Below, one piece after another: positions 36,037-45,939 of a stretch of DNA of 64,000 bases. Source of the stretch: an uncultured Clostridia bacterium (GTDB lineage Bacteria; Bacillota; Clostridia; TANB77; CAG-465); the NCBI GenBank assembly GCA_947631415.1, contig CANRLG010000001.1, forward strand, positions 30,558 to 94,557, read 5' to 3'. Numbering within the stretch: position 1 is the stretch's first letter; the number at the start of each line of letters is the position of its first letter. The notes below the pieces were generated by a model that did no database searches, was not told the origin of the DNA, and saw nothing but the letters and a program-made list of their open reading frames with translations. Both the position numbers and the translations under genes were made by a program.

Positions 36037-36903
36037 ATGAATATTAAAAAATATTTAGCTTGTAACGAAACAGTAAGAGTTATGGCAGTAGATGCAACTG
36101 AAATGGTACAAGAGATTAGAAAAATTCATAATTTGTCTAATGTAGCAACCGCTGCTTTGGGAAGACTTGTAATTGTTGCAGCTATGATAGCATCAACTCT
36201 TAAAAATGAAGATGATAGATTAACATTACAAATTAAAGGTGAAGGAGAACTTGGAAATTTAGTGGTATGTGCAAACCAAAAATTACATATAAAAGCATAC
36301 GTTTCAAATCCAAATGTAGAAATACCTTTAACAAAAGAAGGAAAATTAAACGTAGGAGGAGCTGTTGGCGCAGGTACTCTTACTGTAATTAAAGATATAG
36401 GTTTAAAAGAACCATACATTGGTACTTGTGAATTACTAACAGGTGAGATAGGAGATGACTTTGCATATTACTTTAATGTATCTGAACAAACTCCATCTGT
36501 TGTTTCTGTTGGAGTATTGATTGGAAAAGATAATAGTGTAAGTAATGCAGGGGGATTTATAATTCAACCATTACCAGAATGTGATGAAAAAACAATAGAT
36601 AGTTTAGAAAGTATTAATATTAAACTACCTGCAATGACAGAATTAATGAGTGATAATAAAACAATAGATGATATTGTTAAAGAGGCAACTGGGGATGAAG
36701 AAATAAAAACTATATTTGAAGCAGATGCAAAAATAAAATGCGATTGTTCAAGTAAAAGAATAGAAAATACAATAGTTGCTCTTGGAAAACAAGATGCTTT
36801 AAATATTTGCGATAAGCAAGGAAAAATAGAAGTTGCATGTAACTTCTGTAATAAAAAATATACGTATTCAAAAGAAGAAGTAGAAAACTTATTTAAAAAA
36901 TAA
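36037..36903 (+). CDS. hslO: redox-regulated chaperone Hsp33
   Basis: Hsp33 fold with the C-terminal zinc centre CDCS ... CNFCNKKY. AAGGAG SD before ATG 36037. Confidence 0.85.
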   Translation: MNIKKYLACNETVRVMAVDATEMVQEIRKIHNLSNVATAALGRLVIVAAMIASTLKNEDDRLTLQIKGEGELGNLVVCANQKLHIKAYVSNPNVEIPLTKEGKLNVGGAVGAGTLTVIKDIGLKEPYIGTCELLTGEIGDDFAYYFNVSEQTPSVVSVGVLIGKDNSVSNAGGFIIQPLPECDEKTIDSLESINIKLPAMTELMSDNKTIDDIVKEATGDEEIKTIFEADAKIKCDCSSKRIENTIVALGKQDALNICDKQGKIEVACNFCNKKYTYSKEEVENLFKK

Positions 36904-36915
36904 TTAGGAGATATA

Positions 36916-37845
36916 ATGGAATTTATTGTTGAAAATGAAGATGTATCTAAAAGATTAGATATATATTTGAGTGAAAAAATAGAAGAAGCTACTAGAAGTT
37001 ATATAAAAACTTTAATTGATAGCGATAACATACAAGTAAATGGTAAAACTGTTAAATCTGGATATAAACTAAAACTTAAAGATATAGTAAATGTCACATT
37101 AATTGAAAAAGAAAATGAGGAAATAAAACCAGAAAACATACAGTTAGATATTGTGTATGAAGATGAAGATATAATAATAGTAAATAAACCTAAGGGAATG
37201 GTAGTTCATCCTGCAAATGGAAATTATACTGGGACTATGGTAAATTCTTTAATGTATTCGCATAAAGGTAAATTATCTTCTATTAACGGGGTAATTAGAC
37301 CTGGTATTGTACACAGAATAGATAAAGATACAAGTGGTTTACTTGTAGTAGCTAAAAATGATAATGCACATAAGAAATTGTCTGAACAATTTAGCGTACA
37401 TAGTATTAAACGTGAGTATATAGCTCTAGTTAAAGGAATAATTAAAGAAGATGAACTAACTATAGATGAGCCAATAGGACGAAGTCAAAAAGATAGAAAG
37501 AAAATGGCAGTAACAAATAAGAATGCTAGGAACGCAGTGACCCATATTTCGATTTTAAGACGTTTTTATACTTCAAATGCAACTCTTGTCAAAGCAGAAC
37601 TAGAAACAGGTAGAACACACCAAATTAGAGTTCACATGGCACATATACATCATCCACTCGTAAATGATGAAGTATATGGTAAAAAAGACCCTAATATAAA
37701 AGTAAAAGGACAAATGCTTCATGCTAAATCTTTAGGTTTTATACATCCTACAACAAATGAATTTATTGAGTTTGATTCCAACCTTCCAGATTATTTTCAA
37801 GATGTTTTAAATAAATTAGAAAAACAAAATAATAGAGAGAATTAA
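36916..37845 (+). CDS. rluD: 23S rRNA pseudouridine synthase, RluA/RluD family
   Basis: S4 domain (RLDIYLS) plus HRIDKDTSGLLVVAKN catalytic motif, and TGRTHQIRVH. Confidence 0.85.
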   Translation: MEFIVENEDVSKRLDIYLSEKIEEATRSYIKTLIDSDNIQVNGKTVKSGYKLKLKDIVNVTLIEKENEEIKPENIQLDIVYEDEDIIIVNKPKGMVVHPANGNYTGTMVNSLMYSHKGKLSSINGVIRPGIVHRIDKDTSGLLVVAKNDNAHKKLSEQFSVHSIKREYIALVKGIIKEDELTIDEPIGRSQKDRKKMAVTNKNARNAVTHISILRRFYTSNATLVKAELETGRTHQIRVHMAHIHHPLVNDEVYGKKDPNIKVKGQMLHAKSLGFIHPTTNEFIEFDSNLPDYFQDVLNKLEKQNNREN

Positions 37846-37870
37846 ACTGTCATGTAGTTAATATAGAAAA

Positions 37871-37899
37871 AAAGCTGCAAGAGTTTAGCAGCTTTTATA
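37871..37899 (+). terminator. probable intrinsic terminator
   Basis: AAAGCTGC ... GCAGCTTT followed by TATAT (weak T-run). Confidence 0.45.
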
Positions 37900-37959
37900 T
37901 ATGTTAACATAAGCTTATGATAGTATATAATATGATAATTTTTTTATTTGGTGATGATT

Positions 37960-38646
37960 ATGGAAAGATTAAATAAATATATTGCTTCTTGTGGAATATG
38001 TTCAAGAAGAAAAGCAGATGAACTTATACAATGTGGAAAAGTAGAAGTAAATGGAAAAATAATTACTGAGCTTGGATATAAGGTAGAGGAAAAAGATATT
38101 GTAAAAGTTAATGGTAGAATTATCTCAAAAGAAGAAGAAAAAGTATATATAATGTTAAATAAACCAAAGGGATATGTAACTACAAGCAATGAACAGTTTG
38201 GTAGAAAAAGTGTCTTGAATTTGATAAACGAAAATGTTAGAGTGTATCCTATTGGAAGACTAGATATGTATACAGAGGGATTACTACTATTAACCAATGA
38301 TGGAGATTTTGCAAATAAAGTGATGCATCCAAAAAATGAGATAGAAAAGGTCTATGAGGTAACAACTAGTACAGAAATTACAGATAGTCAAATAAAAAGT
38401 TTAGAAAGTGGAGTAGATATAGGGGACTATGTTACTAAAGAGGCAAAAGTTAAAAAAATATCTAAAGATAAATTTGAGATTACAATACATGAGGGAAAAA
38501 ATAGACAGGTAAGGCGTATGTGTGAAACCGTTAAAATTAAACTATTAAATCTTAAAAGAGTTCAAGAGGGAAAGCTAACTCTTGGAACACTTCAAACAGG
38601 AAAATATAGGTATTTGACAGAGGAAGAAAAAAACATGGTAGAATAA
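37960..38646 (+). CDS. rluB: pseudouridine synthase, RsuA/RluB family
   Basis: MERLNKYIASCGICSRRKADELI (S4 domain) and PIGRLDMYTEGLLLLTNDG. Confidence 0.8.
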   Translation: MERLNKYIASCGICSRRKADELIQCGKVEVNGKIITELGYKVEEKDIVKVNGRIISKEEEKVYIMLNKPKGYVTTSNEQFGRKSVLNLINENVRVYPIGRLDMYTEGLLLLTNDGDFANKVMHPKNEIEKVYEVTTSTEITDSQIKSLESGVDIGDYVTKEAKVKKISKDKFEITIHEGKNRQVRRMCETVKIKLLNLKRVQEGKLTLGTLQTGKYRYLTEEEKNMVE

Positions 38647-38675
38647 GACTATCATGTTTTTTCATATATAGTAAA

Positions 38676-39737
38676 TCATAAATTTAAAATTCCATGTTTT
38701 GTTAATATTTCTAAAGCTTTTTCTTTTTTCTCAACATTTTCAAAATATAATTTTAGAGTACCATGTTTTTCATCTATATCATCTTGTATTGAAAGGTTAA
38801 TTATATTCAAACCATTATCTGCAAGTATAGATATAATATTTTTTAGTTGTCCAGGTGTGTTTTCTATCTTAGTGCATATCTCATTTGCCTTTTTAACATT
38901 ATCTACACTATCTCTAAACTGCTTAGCTTCACAAAAGAAATCAATCATTTTACTTTCATCTTTTTGTCTAATATAATTTTCTATTGTAGATAGAGATTTT
39001 TTAAATTCTTCAAGAGTATTTAGTATTTGCTCATTGTTTTCAATACATACACTATTCCACATTTGTGCAGAAGATGAAGCTATTCTAGTTATATCTTTAA
39101 ATCCACCTGCTGCAAGAGTTTTTAAATAGTTATTTTCATCTTCAAGATTTTTAGTCATATTTACTAGTGAGTATGCAATTATATGAGGAATATGAGATAT
39201 TACAGATACAGCAAAATCATGTTTCTCTAAAGGAATAAGTAAAGGTTTTGCATTAAGTAGAGATATTACTTCTTTAATTTTTTCAATATTTTTCGTACTT
39301 GTTTTAGGAGTAGTAGTAATTAAAAAATATGAGTTATCATAAAGATGAGAGTCTGCATAAATAAATCCACTTTTTTCTTTTCCAACCATTGGATGAGTGC
39401 CAATGTAATTAAAGTTAAATGTTTCAAGAGTAGATACTATCGTACTTTTGGTACTTCCAATGTCTGTAATTAAAGTGTTATCATCTACTATGTTTTCAAG
39501 AGATTTAGCAATGTCTATTGTATATTTAACAGGAACACAAATAAATATATAATCTAACCCTTTAAAAGAATTATCTACAGATGTGGTGTATGAGTCAATT
39601 ATCTTTTCTTTCTTAGCTATTTCTAAATCTGAAATATTTGTATCGTATGCAAGTATTTCTATGTTATTATTTTTTAGTTTAAGTCCTTTTGCTATAGAGC
39701 CTCCCATAAGACCAAGCCCAATTATTCCTACTTTCAT
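38676..39737 (-). CDS. tyrA: prephenate dehydrogenase with a C-terminal ACT domain
   Basis: IGLGLMGGS, DIGSTK, GTHPMVG, SHIPHIIA and GGFKDITRIA. The rpsU terminator lies in the track's N-terminal extension, so the start is ATG 39737. Confidence 0.85.
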   Translation of the reverse strand: MKVGIIGLGLMGGSIAKGLKLKNNNIEILAYDTNISDLEIAKKEKIIDSYTTSVDNSFKGLDYIFICVPVKYTIDIAKSLENIVDDNTLITDIGSTKSTIVSTLETFNFNYIGTHPMVGKEKSGFIYADSHLYDNSYFLITTTPKTSTKNIEKIKEVISLLNAKPLLIPLEKHDFAVSVISHIPHIIAYSLVNMTKNLEDENNYLKTLAAGGFKDITRIASSSAQMWNSVCIENNEQILNTLEEFKKSLSTIENYIRQKDESKMIDFFCEAKQFRDSVDNVKKANEICTKIENTPGQLKNIISILADNGLNIINLSIQDDIDEKHGTLKLYFENVEKKEKALEILTKHGILNL

Positions 39738-39752
39738 ATTATTACCCCCTAA

Positions 39753-39784
39753 CGAAAAAAAATACACCTAACTATGTTAGATGT
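39753..39784 (-). terminator. intrinsic terminator of rpsU
   Basis: Minus strand: ACATCTAA-catag-TTAGGTGT followed by ATTTTTTTT. Confidence 0.65.
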
Positions 39785-39834
39785 ATTAATATTATCATAA
39801 AACTCTAAGTTTTAAAATTCATTTTATATAAATT

Positions 39835-40008
39835 CTAGTGTTTTCTTTTTCTTGCAGCCTCAGATTTTTTCTTTCTCTTTACGCTAGGACTTTCGTAATG
39901 TTCTCTTTTACGAATTTCTTGAAGAACGCCATATTTTGCACATTGTTTTTTGAATCTAGCTAAAGCATTATCTAAGCTTTCATTATCCTTAACTTTAATT
40001 CCTGGCAT
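39835..40008 (-). CDS. rpsU: 30S ribosomal protein S21
   Basis: Not in the ORF track (57 aa): [69 protein letters not shown]. Confidence 0.9.
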   Translation of the reverse strand: MPGIKVKDNESLDNALARFKKQCAKYGVLQEIRKREHYESPSVKRKKKSEAARKRKH

Positions 40009-40087
40009 CTTTTTTTCCCTCCCTCCAGTTTGGGAAATACTTTATATTAAATAGTGTTATACTAAGTATTTCTAAATTTACTATTCA

Positions 40088-40116
40088 ATTATACAATAAT
40101 TTAATATATAAGTCAA
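40088..40116 (-). promoter_or_regulatory. sigma-A consensus promoter of rpsU
   Basis: Minus strand: TTGACT, 17-nt spacer, TATAAT. Confidence 0.55.
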
Positions 40117-40255
40117 GGAATAAAAAGAAAATTATGTAAAAAGAGTGCTATTTATTAGAATATATTGTTAGAAAAATAAATTAAGTATTTGACTATATTT
40201 TTGTAATAATATATAATATTGGATAGTAAATATTATTTAAGGAGTAAATAAAAAA

Positions 40256-41512
40256 ATGGATAATAATGAATTTGATGAAGAAAATGAATACTCAAACTCA
40301 GAAAAAATAGATAAAGTAAAAGTATTAAGTAACGCTTTTTCAATTACACTTGCAATAGTATTTAGCTCAGTTATTATTTTTTCACTTTATGTTGTATTTA
40401 AGCCTTTAATTGTTTCAACTAAAGAATACGGTACAACTACTTTAACAGAAGAACAAATAGCAAGATTAGATAAAGTAGCAAAATTAATATCAGATAACTA
40501 TTTGTACGATTACGACCAAGACAAAATAGTAGATGGTGCTATTGAGGGAATGGTAAATAGATTAGAGAATAAATTTTCGTACTATTTGTATGAAGATGAA
40601 TATCAAGAGGAACTAAATAGTGGGGCAAATTCAGATTATTGTGGCGTAGGTGTTCATCTATCATATACCAAAGATGATGATGCTATAATTGTTCTTGGAG
40701 TTATGCCAGATTCTCCAGCTGAAGAAGTTGGTGTAAAAGCAGGAGATATAATAGTTCAAGTTGAAGATACAGTAGTAAATATTGATACTTATGTTGATGC
40801 AGTAGATGCACTTAAAGGAGAAGAAGGTACAAGTGTACATATAAAAGCACGTAGAAATGGTGAAATATTGGATTTTGATTTAACAAGAAGACATATAACA
40901 GAAAATAATGTAGCAGCAGAAGTATTAGACAATAATATAGGATATATTAAGATATTTGCTTTCGATAACGGTATTTATGAACAATTTAGAGATGAATATG
41001 TTAAATTAAAAGCCAAAGGAATAAAAGGGCTTGTAGTAGATTTAAGAAATAATCCTGGTGGATATCTTGCAGATACAATGTATATTTTAAATCTATTAGT
41101 TCCAGAAGTAAAAGATGCATTAAAATTAGTAAGTAAAGATAAAGAAGAAAGTGTATTTAGCACTACTAGTACAAATCAAATAGATATACCACTTGCAGTA
41201 ATTGTAAATGAAAATAGTGCTAGTGCATCTGAAATATTTGCTAGTGTAATTAGGGATGCAAATAAAGGAATAGTGGTAGGAAAGAAAACTTTTGGTAAAG
41301 GTGTTGTACAAACAGAGATTTCACTTGCAGGACATGGCGCAATAGATATTGTTTCAGCACAATACTTCACTCCAAGTGGTGTAGTAATACAAGATAATGG
41401 AATAGAGCCAGATATAGAAGTTAGTCTTCCAGAAGGTGTAACTAATTCAAACTTTATAGAAAGAGATAAAGATACTCAACTTCAAAGTGCTATAGCCAAT
41501 ATTACAAAATAA
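40256..41512 (+). CDS. S41 carboxy-terminal processing protease (CtpA/CtpB-like) with PDZ domain
   Basis: N-terminal TM. PDZ domain (GVMPDSPAEEVGVKAGDIIVQV). DLRNNPGG, NENSASASEIFA and GKKTFGKG. Confidence 0.8.
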   Translation: MDNNEFDEENEYSNSEKIDKVKVLSNAFSITLAIVFSSVIIFSLYVVFKPLIVSTKEYGTTTLTEEQIARLDKVAKLISDNYLYDYDQDKIVDGAIEGMVNRLENKFSYYLYEDEYQEELNSGANSDYCGVGVHLSYTKDDDAIIVLGVMPDSPAEEVGVKAGDIIVQVEDTVVNIDTYVDAVDALKGEEGTSVHIKARRNGEILDFDLTRRHITENNVAAEVLDNNIGYIKIFAFDNGIYEQFRDEYVKLKAKGIKGLVVDLRNNPGGYLADTMYILNLLVPEVKDALKLVSKDKEESVFSTTSTNQIDIPLAVIVNENSASASEIFASVIRDANKGIVVGKKTFGKGVVQTEISLAGHGAIDIVSAQYFTPSGVVIQDNGIEPDIEVSLPEGVTNSNFIERDKDTQLQSAIANITK

Positions 41513-41556
41513 TTGTAATACAAATGTTACAATATATATACTATCAATAACCAAAT

Positions 41557-41591
41557 AAAAAGAAATATGCTATCATATTTCTTTTTATTTT
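41557..41591 (+). terminator. intrinsic terminator
   Basis: AAAAAGAAATATG-ctat-CATATTTCTTTTT followed by ATTTT. Confidence 0.7.
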
Positions 41592-41623
41592 ACATATTAA
41601 TGAAATATATATAAAAATGCGTT

Positions 41624-41652
41624 TTGACACAACTGTTAAATGGTGGTATAAT
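41624..41652 (+). promoter_or_regulatory. sigma-A consensus promoter of veg
   Basis: TTGACA, 17-nt spacer, TGgTATAAT. Confidence 0.65.
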
Positions 41653-41689
41653 TCGCCTTGTAAGAGAGGTATATAAGAGGTGAGACGAT

Positions 41690-41974
41690 ATGGTATCAAA
41701 AGATTCGCTAATGAAAATAAGACAAGACGTTGAAAACTATGTTGGTCAAGAAATTTGTGTGAAAGCTAATGTAGGAAGAAACAAATGTATTGAAAGGAAA
41801 GGGTATATCGACAGTACTTACACTAACTTATTTGTATTTAGAGATTCTGAAACTGATAGTAAATTATCCTACAGTTATTCAGACCTTGTTACAAATACTT
41901 TAGAATTAAGTTTACCAACAGGTGAACCTATTACAAGGTATGACTTCTCTACGCCAAAATATACTAGATTATAA
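41690..41974 (+). CDS. veg: Veg protein
   Basis: IRQDVENYVGQEICVKANVGRNKCIERKGYIDSTYTNLFVF...LSYSYSDLVTNTLEL parallels B. subtilis Veg. Confidence 0.8.
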   Translation: MVSKDSLMKIRQDVENYVGQEICVKANVGRNKCIERKGYIDSTYTNLFVFRDSETDSKLSYSYSDLVTNTLELSLPTGEPITRYDFSTPKYTRL

Positions 41975-42026
41975 TAGGCAATCTATAGAGGGAAAAAAAG
42001 AGATATATGAAAGAGGTTGGAGTTAA

Positions 42027-42068
42027 AAAGTTAAGAGGTTTTAACTCCAAAATTTTGTTGAAAATTAT
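42027..42068 (+). terminator. intrinsic terminator (first of two in tandem)
   Basis: TTGGAGTTAAAA ... TTTTAACTCCAA 12-bp stem followed by AATTTTG. Confidence 0.65.
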
Positions 42069-42090
42069 AGATAAATTAAAAGAACTTAGA

Positions 42091-42129
42091 AGAAAATTAA
42101 TCTCTAAGTTCTTTTTTTGCACACAACTT
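42091..42129 (+). terminator. intrinsic terminator (second of two in tandem)
   Basis: AGAACTTAGA ... TCTAAGTTCT followed by T7. Confidence 0.7.
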
Positions 42130-42318
42130 TTTAAATTTAGAAGGAGAGTATATAAATGTATGTTATTTAAAGAAAGAATTTTATCTAACTGCTAGATGAA
42201 TAATCATCTAACTAATATATACTATGTTCATAATAATTAATTGTGAATAATTTAGTTTAATCTTTGTAATATTTTTTTTAGTACAGAATATATTTTTAGT
42301 AGCAAGGAGGATATATTC

Positions 42319-43845
42319 ATGAGTGTAGTAAAAAACAATATGAAACTTAGTTTGAATAAAAGTAAAGTGGTTCAGAAAGAAGATAAATGGATTGAACAAG
42401 ATTTAATAGTTCCAGATAATATGCCCGATGCATTAAAGATTATTAATATTGTATCTTATCCGTTTGTTAGTGATGTGGAAGTAAGTAAAGGACGTGTAAA
42501 AATTGTTGGTAAGATAAATTATTCAATTATATATAGAGCAAATGATGAAAAGATGAGTATAAGAGGTTTAAATTCATCATGTCCGTATTCAATAATTTTA
42601 GATAATGATAAAATTACTGAGGGGTGTGATGTTTTAGTTGAAAGTAACCTTAAAAATATAATTTATTCTTTGCCAAATGAAAGAAAAATAGCTGTAAAAA
42701 ATGAAATACAGTATGTATTAAATATAACTAAAACAGAAATGATAGATGTAATTAAGGACTTTCCAAATAGCCCAAATATAGAATTTAACAAATGTAGTCA
42801 TTCTTTTTGTGATATTAAAGAAAGCAAAAGAGGATATATTTCTTCAAATGAAAATGTTGTTATTTCTAAAGACTCACCAGCTATGTATGAAATATTAAAG
42901 TATAGATATAAAATTAAAGATACAGAATTTAAGGAAAGTTATAATAAATTACTACTAAAAGGTGTATTAGAAATACAGTTGCTTTATGTGGGAGAAGGAA
43001 ATAATATCTGCAAAGAAAAAGTAGATATAGCTTTTTCTGGAATGGTAGAAACAGAAAGCCTTACAGATAATAGTAAAGTAGATGTAAATTATATTTTAAG
43101 GGACTTAAATGTGCATATCAATCCAGATATTGAACAAAAAACACTTAGTGTAGATTATAAAATAGAATATTTAGTTACAATAAGTGAAGTTCAAGAAGTA
43201 GAATATGTGGAAGATTTTTACAGTAAAAATTCAGATTTAATATATCAACCACAAACTGTAGAAGTAGCTTCACGAAATGTAGATATTATAAGAGAAATTA
43301 CAATTAATGATACTATTAGTGATATAGTGCCAGATGGATATAAAATAATAGATTATGACTTGGATACATCAGGAATAATGCCTCAATTATTAGAAGATAG
43401 TATACAGATAAATGGAATTGCTAAATTAAATGTTTTAATGCAAAATAAAGAAAATGGCGAAGTTGAAAATAGAAATTTAGATATTATGATAGATGAAAGT
43501 CTATCAATAGAAGAAGATTGGAAAAATTCAAATGTTAATATTAAAATTGTAGATAAGAAACTTAATGTTATACAAAATGGTAAAAATATAGATATAAAAA
43601 TTGTTGTATATATAGATGTTTATGTAGAAAATATAGTAACAATAAATTCTATAGATAAAATAGAAGAAGAACCTATTAATTTAAAAGACATTAGCAGCAT
43701 TAGCATATATATAGTAAAGCCAGGCGATAGTATTTGGAAAATAGCAAAGAAATATAAAACAAGTATGGAAAATATTATACGAATAAATAAGCTCGAAAAC
43801 CCAGATGTGATAGATGTAGGAGATAAGATACTTGTAATTAGATAA
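42319..43845 (+). CDS. DUF3794-repeat protein with a C-terminal LysM domain (spore-envelope-type)
   Basis: DLIVPDNMPDALKIINI-type modules. C-terminal YIVKPGDSIWKIAKKYKTSMENIIRINKLENPDVIDVGDKILV is a LysM domain. Confidence 0.65.
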   Translation: MSVVKNNMKLSLNKSKVVQKEDKWIEQDLIVPDNMPDALKIINIVSYPFVSDVEVSKGRVKIVGKINYSIIYRANDEKMSIRGLNSSCPYSIILDNDKITEGCDVLVESNLKNIIYSLPNERKIAVKNEIQYVLNITKTEMIDVIKDFPNSPNIEFNKCSHSFCDIKESKRGYISSNENVVISKDSPAMYEILKYRYKIKDTEFKESYNKLLLKGVLEIQLLYVGEGNNICKEKVDIAFSGMVETESLTDNSKVDVNYILRDLNVHINPDIEQKTLSVDYKIEYLVTISEVQEVEYVEDFYSKNSDLIYQPQTVEVASRNVDIIREITINDTISDIVPDGYKIIDYDLDTSGIMPQLLEDSIQINGIAKLNVLMQNKENGEVENRNLDIMIDESLSIEEDWKNSNVNIKIVDKKLNVIQNGKNIDIKIVVYIDVYVENIVTINSIDKIEEEPINLKDISSISIYIVKPGDSIWKIAKKYKTSMENIIRINKLENPDVIDVGDKILVIR

Positions 43846-43898
43846 AATAGATTATAAGTGCATTTTTGAAAGAATTAAGTATATTTTAATAACTAAAT

Positions 43899-43946
43899 GG
43901 AAGTTAAATAAAAGGTGTATTTTATTATAACTTCCATTCTTTTTGG
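43899..43946 (+). terminator. probable intrinsic terminator
   Basis: GGAAGTTA ... TAACTTCC (21-nt loop) followed by ATTCTTTTT. Confidence 0.45.
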
Positions 43947-43977
43947 ATTTAGTGTATAATGTAATTGTGGTGATAGT

Positions 43978-44793
43978 GTGGATAAATTAAATAACATTAA
44001 AGCAATTTTTGTAGATATTGATGGTACACTAACCAATTCAGAAAAAAGTGTGCCTGAAGAAAATAGAGCTGCAATTAAAAGTGCTGTTGAAAAAGGTATA
44101 CAAGTTGTGATTTGCTCTGGTAGAGGAAATCAATATGTAGAACTTAGGAGTAAACTCGCAAATGCAAGTAATTGGATTATTTCTAGCAATGGTGCACAAA
44201 TATACAATTATGCTACTAAAGAAACACTCTTTGGTAATGAAATGAATGTAAATTCAATAGAAAAAGTAACAAAGTATGTAGATGAAAGACATTGTGGATA
44301 TATTATTAATTGTTCAGATATTAGATATAGTAACAGATTTCTTTATAGAAAAATGGATGTACAAGATGGACTTATTGATAGTGTGACAGAAGTGGTTAAA
44401 CCTATCTACCAATTAGTTGTTGAAGCTAATTCTTATGAGCAGATAGATGAAATTGTAAAATATGTAAATACAATAGAAGATTTACAAATTTTAAATTATA
44501 CACCTGGATATTTGAAAGGAATAAAAACATTAGACCATTATTATTTAGATATTAATTCTAAAAATATAGATAAAGGGGTAGCAATAAGTGAGTTTCTTAA
44601 ACTATTTAAAATAAAAAAAGAAGAAGCATTATGTTTTGGTGACCACATAAATGATGAGCCTATGTTTAGAGCCTGTGGTATTGGAGTAGCAATGGGGAAT
44701 GCAAACGATAATTTAAAAGCTATTGCAACATATACTACTAAAACAAATGATGAAAATGGTGTAGCTTATTTCATAAATAAGTATATATTATAG
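43978..44793 (+). CDS. Cof-type HAD-IIB phosphatase
   Basis: FVDIDGTL (motif I), CSGR, GDHINDEPMF (motif IV). Confidence 0.75.
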   Translation: MDKLNNIKAIFVDIDGTLTNSEKSVPEENRAAIKSAVEKGIQVVICSGRGNQYVELRSKLANASNWIISSNGAQIYNYATKETLFGNEMNVNSIEKVTKYVDERHCGYIINCSDIRYSNRFLYRKMDVQDGLIDSVTEVVKPIYQLVVEANSYEQIDEIVKYVNTIEDLQILNYTPGYLKGIKTLDHYYLDINSKNIDKGVAISEFLKLFKIKKEEALCFGDHINDEPMFRACGIGVAMGNANDNLKAIATYTTKTNDENGVAYFINKYIL

Positions 44794-44828
44794 AAAAAAC
44801 TCGGAAAATAAAATTTCCGAGTTTTTGT
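44794..44828. terminator. bidirectional intrinsic terminator (Cof gene and rplM-rpsI operon)
   Basis: AAAACTCGGAAA-ataaaa-TTTCCGAGTTTT, flanked by an A-run and a T-run. Confidence 0.75.
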
Positions 44829-44852
44829 ATAATCTTCTTTGTAAAAAGCTTC

Positions 44853-45248
44853 CTATCTCTTTGAAAATTGTGGAGCTTTTCTTGCTTTTTTAAGACCGTA
44901 TTTTCTTCTTTCTTTTACTCTAGAATCTCTAGTTAGAAGACCATTTCTTTTTAATTGTGCTCTAACTTCTGGGTCAGTTGTTGCTAAAGCTTTAGCAATA
45001 CCATGAGATATAGCTCCTGCTTGACCAACAAATCCGCCACCTTTAACTGTAGCTTCTACATCATATTTTTCCATCATGTTAGTAACTGTGAAAGGTTTTA
45101 AAACTATAGCTTTTAAAGTATCTAAAGTATAGATATCATTAATATCTTTTTTGTTTATTGTTATTTTACCAGTTCCAGGAATAATGTTTACTCTAGCTAT
45201 TGAAGATTTTCTTTTTCCTGTTGCATAAATATATTCTTTCTTTGCCAT
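44853..45248 (-). CDS. rpsI: 30S ribosomal protein S9
   Basis: GKRKSSIARV ... GGGFVGQAGAISHGIAKAL ... KKARKAPQFSKR. Confidence 0.95.
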   Translation of the reverse strand: MAKKEYIYATGKRKSSIARVNIIPGTGKITINKKDINDIYTLDTLKAIVLKPFTVTNMMEKYDVEATVKGGGFVGQAGAISHGIAKALATTDPEVRAQLKRNGLLTRDSRVKERRKYGLKKARKAPQFSKR

Positions 45249-45261
45249 TTTTTAATTCCTC

Positions 45262-45696
45262 CTAAAAATTCCACATTTCAGGTTTTTGAGCTTCGTGATT
45301 ATGCTCAGCACCTTTAAATACTCTTAATTTAGTTAATTGTTGTCTACCTAAAGTATTGTGAGGTAACATTCCTTTAACTGCAAGAATTACAGCTTTGTCT
45401 GAATTGTTAGCCATTAAATCTTTATAAGAAATTTCTTTTAGACCAGTCATATATGCTGAATGACGTCTGTAATATTTGTTATTTAGTTTGTTACCAGTTA
45501 AAACTGCTTTATCTGAGTTTATAACAATAACATTATCTCCACAATCTAAGTGTGTAGAATAAGTAGGTTTGTGTTTACCTCTTAAAAGTCTAGCTGCTTC
45601 TGTAGCTACTCTACCAAGTGGTCTATCAGCTGCATCTAGAATATACCATTTTTTCTCAATTTCATTAGCTTTAACGCTATGTGTAGTATTATTCAT
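45262..45696 (-). CDS. rplM: 50S ribosomal protein L13
   Basis: KWYILDAADRPLGRVATEAARLLRGKHKPTY ... HSAYMTGLK. Confidence 0.95.
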   Translation of the reverse strand: MNNTTHSVKANEIEKKWYILDAADRPLGRVATEAARLLRGKHKPTYSTHLDCGDNVIVINSDKAVLTGNKLNNKYYRRHSAYMTGLKEISYKDLMANNSDKAVILAVKGMLPHNTLGRQQLTKLRVFKGAEHNHEAQKPEMWNF

Positions 45697-45771
45697 CTTA
45701 ATTTATCCTCCTAAAATATTCTTAGAAAGTCAAATTTTCCGGGGTTTATAGTTTGACTAACTATAAGATAC
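45697..45771 (-). promoter_or_regulatory. structured rplM 5' leader (candidate Firmicute L13-leader element)
   Basis: Minus strand has two overlapping hairpins, TATAGTT-agtca-AACTATA and GTCAAA...TTTGAC, between the promoter and the SD. An L13 leader family is described for Firmicutes. I cannot run a covariance model. Confidence 0.35.
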
Positions 45772-45777
45772 TTTGAT

Positions 45778-45806
45778 ATTATACATTTTTTTTACAAAAA
45801 TGTCAA
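45778..45806 (-). promoter_or_regulatory. sigma-A consensus promoter of rplM-rpsI
   Basis: Minus strand: TTGACA, 17-nt spacer, TATAAT (upstream TG). Confidence 0.6.
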
Positions 45807-45939
45807 CTAAATTGTTAAAATATTAGGTAAAAAGTGCTAACGAAAAATTTGTTAATACTCGTAATTCACTTGAAAAATTAAAATATTTATAGTAAGATAT
45901 ATGTGTAATTAAAATCTAATAATATAGTGAGGTAAAGAT

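Noticed and set aside
42007-42195. 62-aa plus-strand ORF after veg
   Set aside because: It spans two tandem intrinsic terminators (42027..42068 and 42091..42129) and has no SD. Its Lys/Arg/Phe-rich sequence is what hairpin-plus-T-run DNA translates to.
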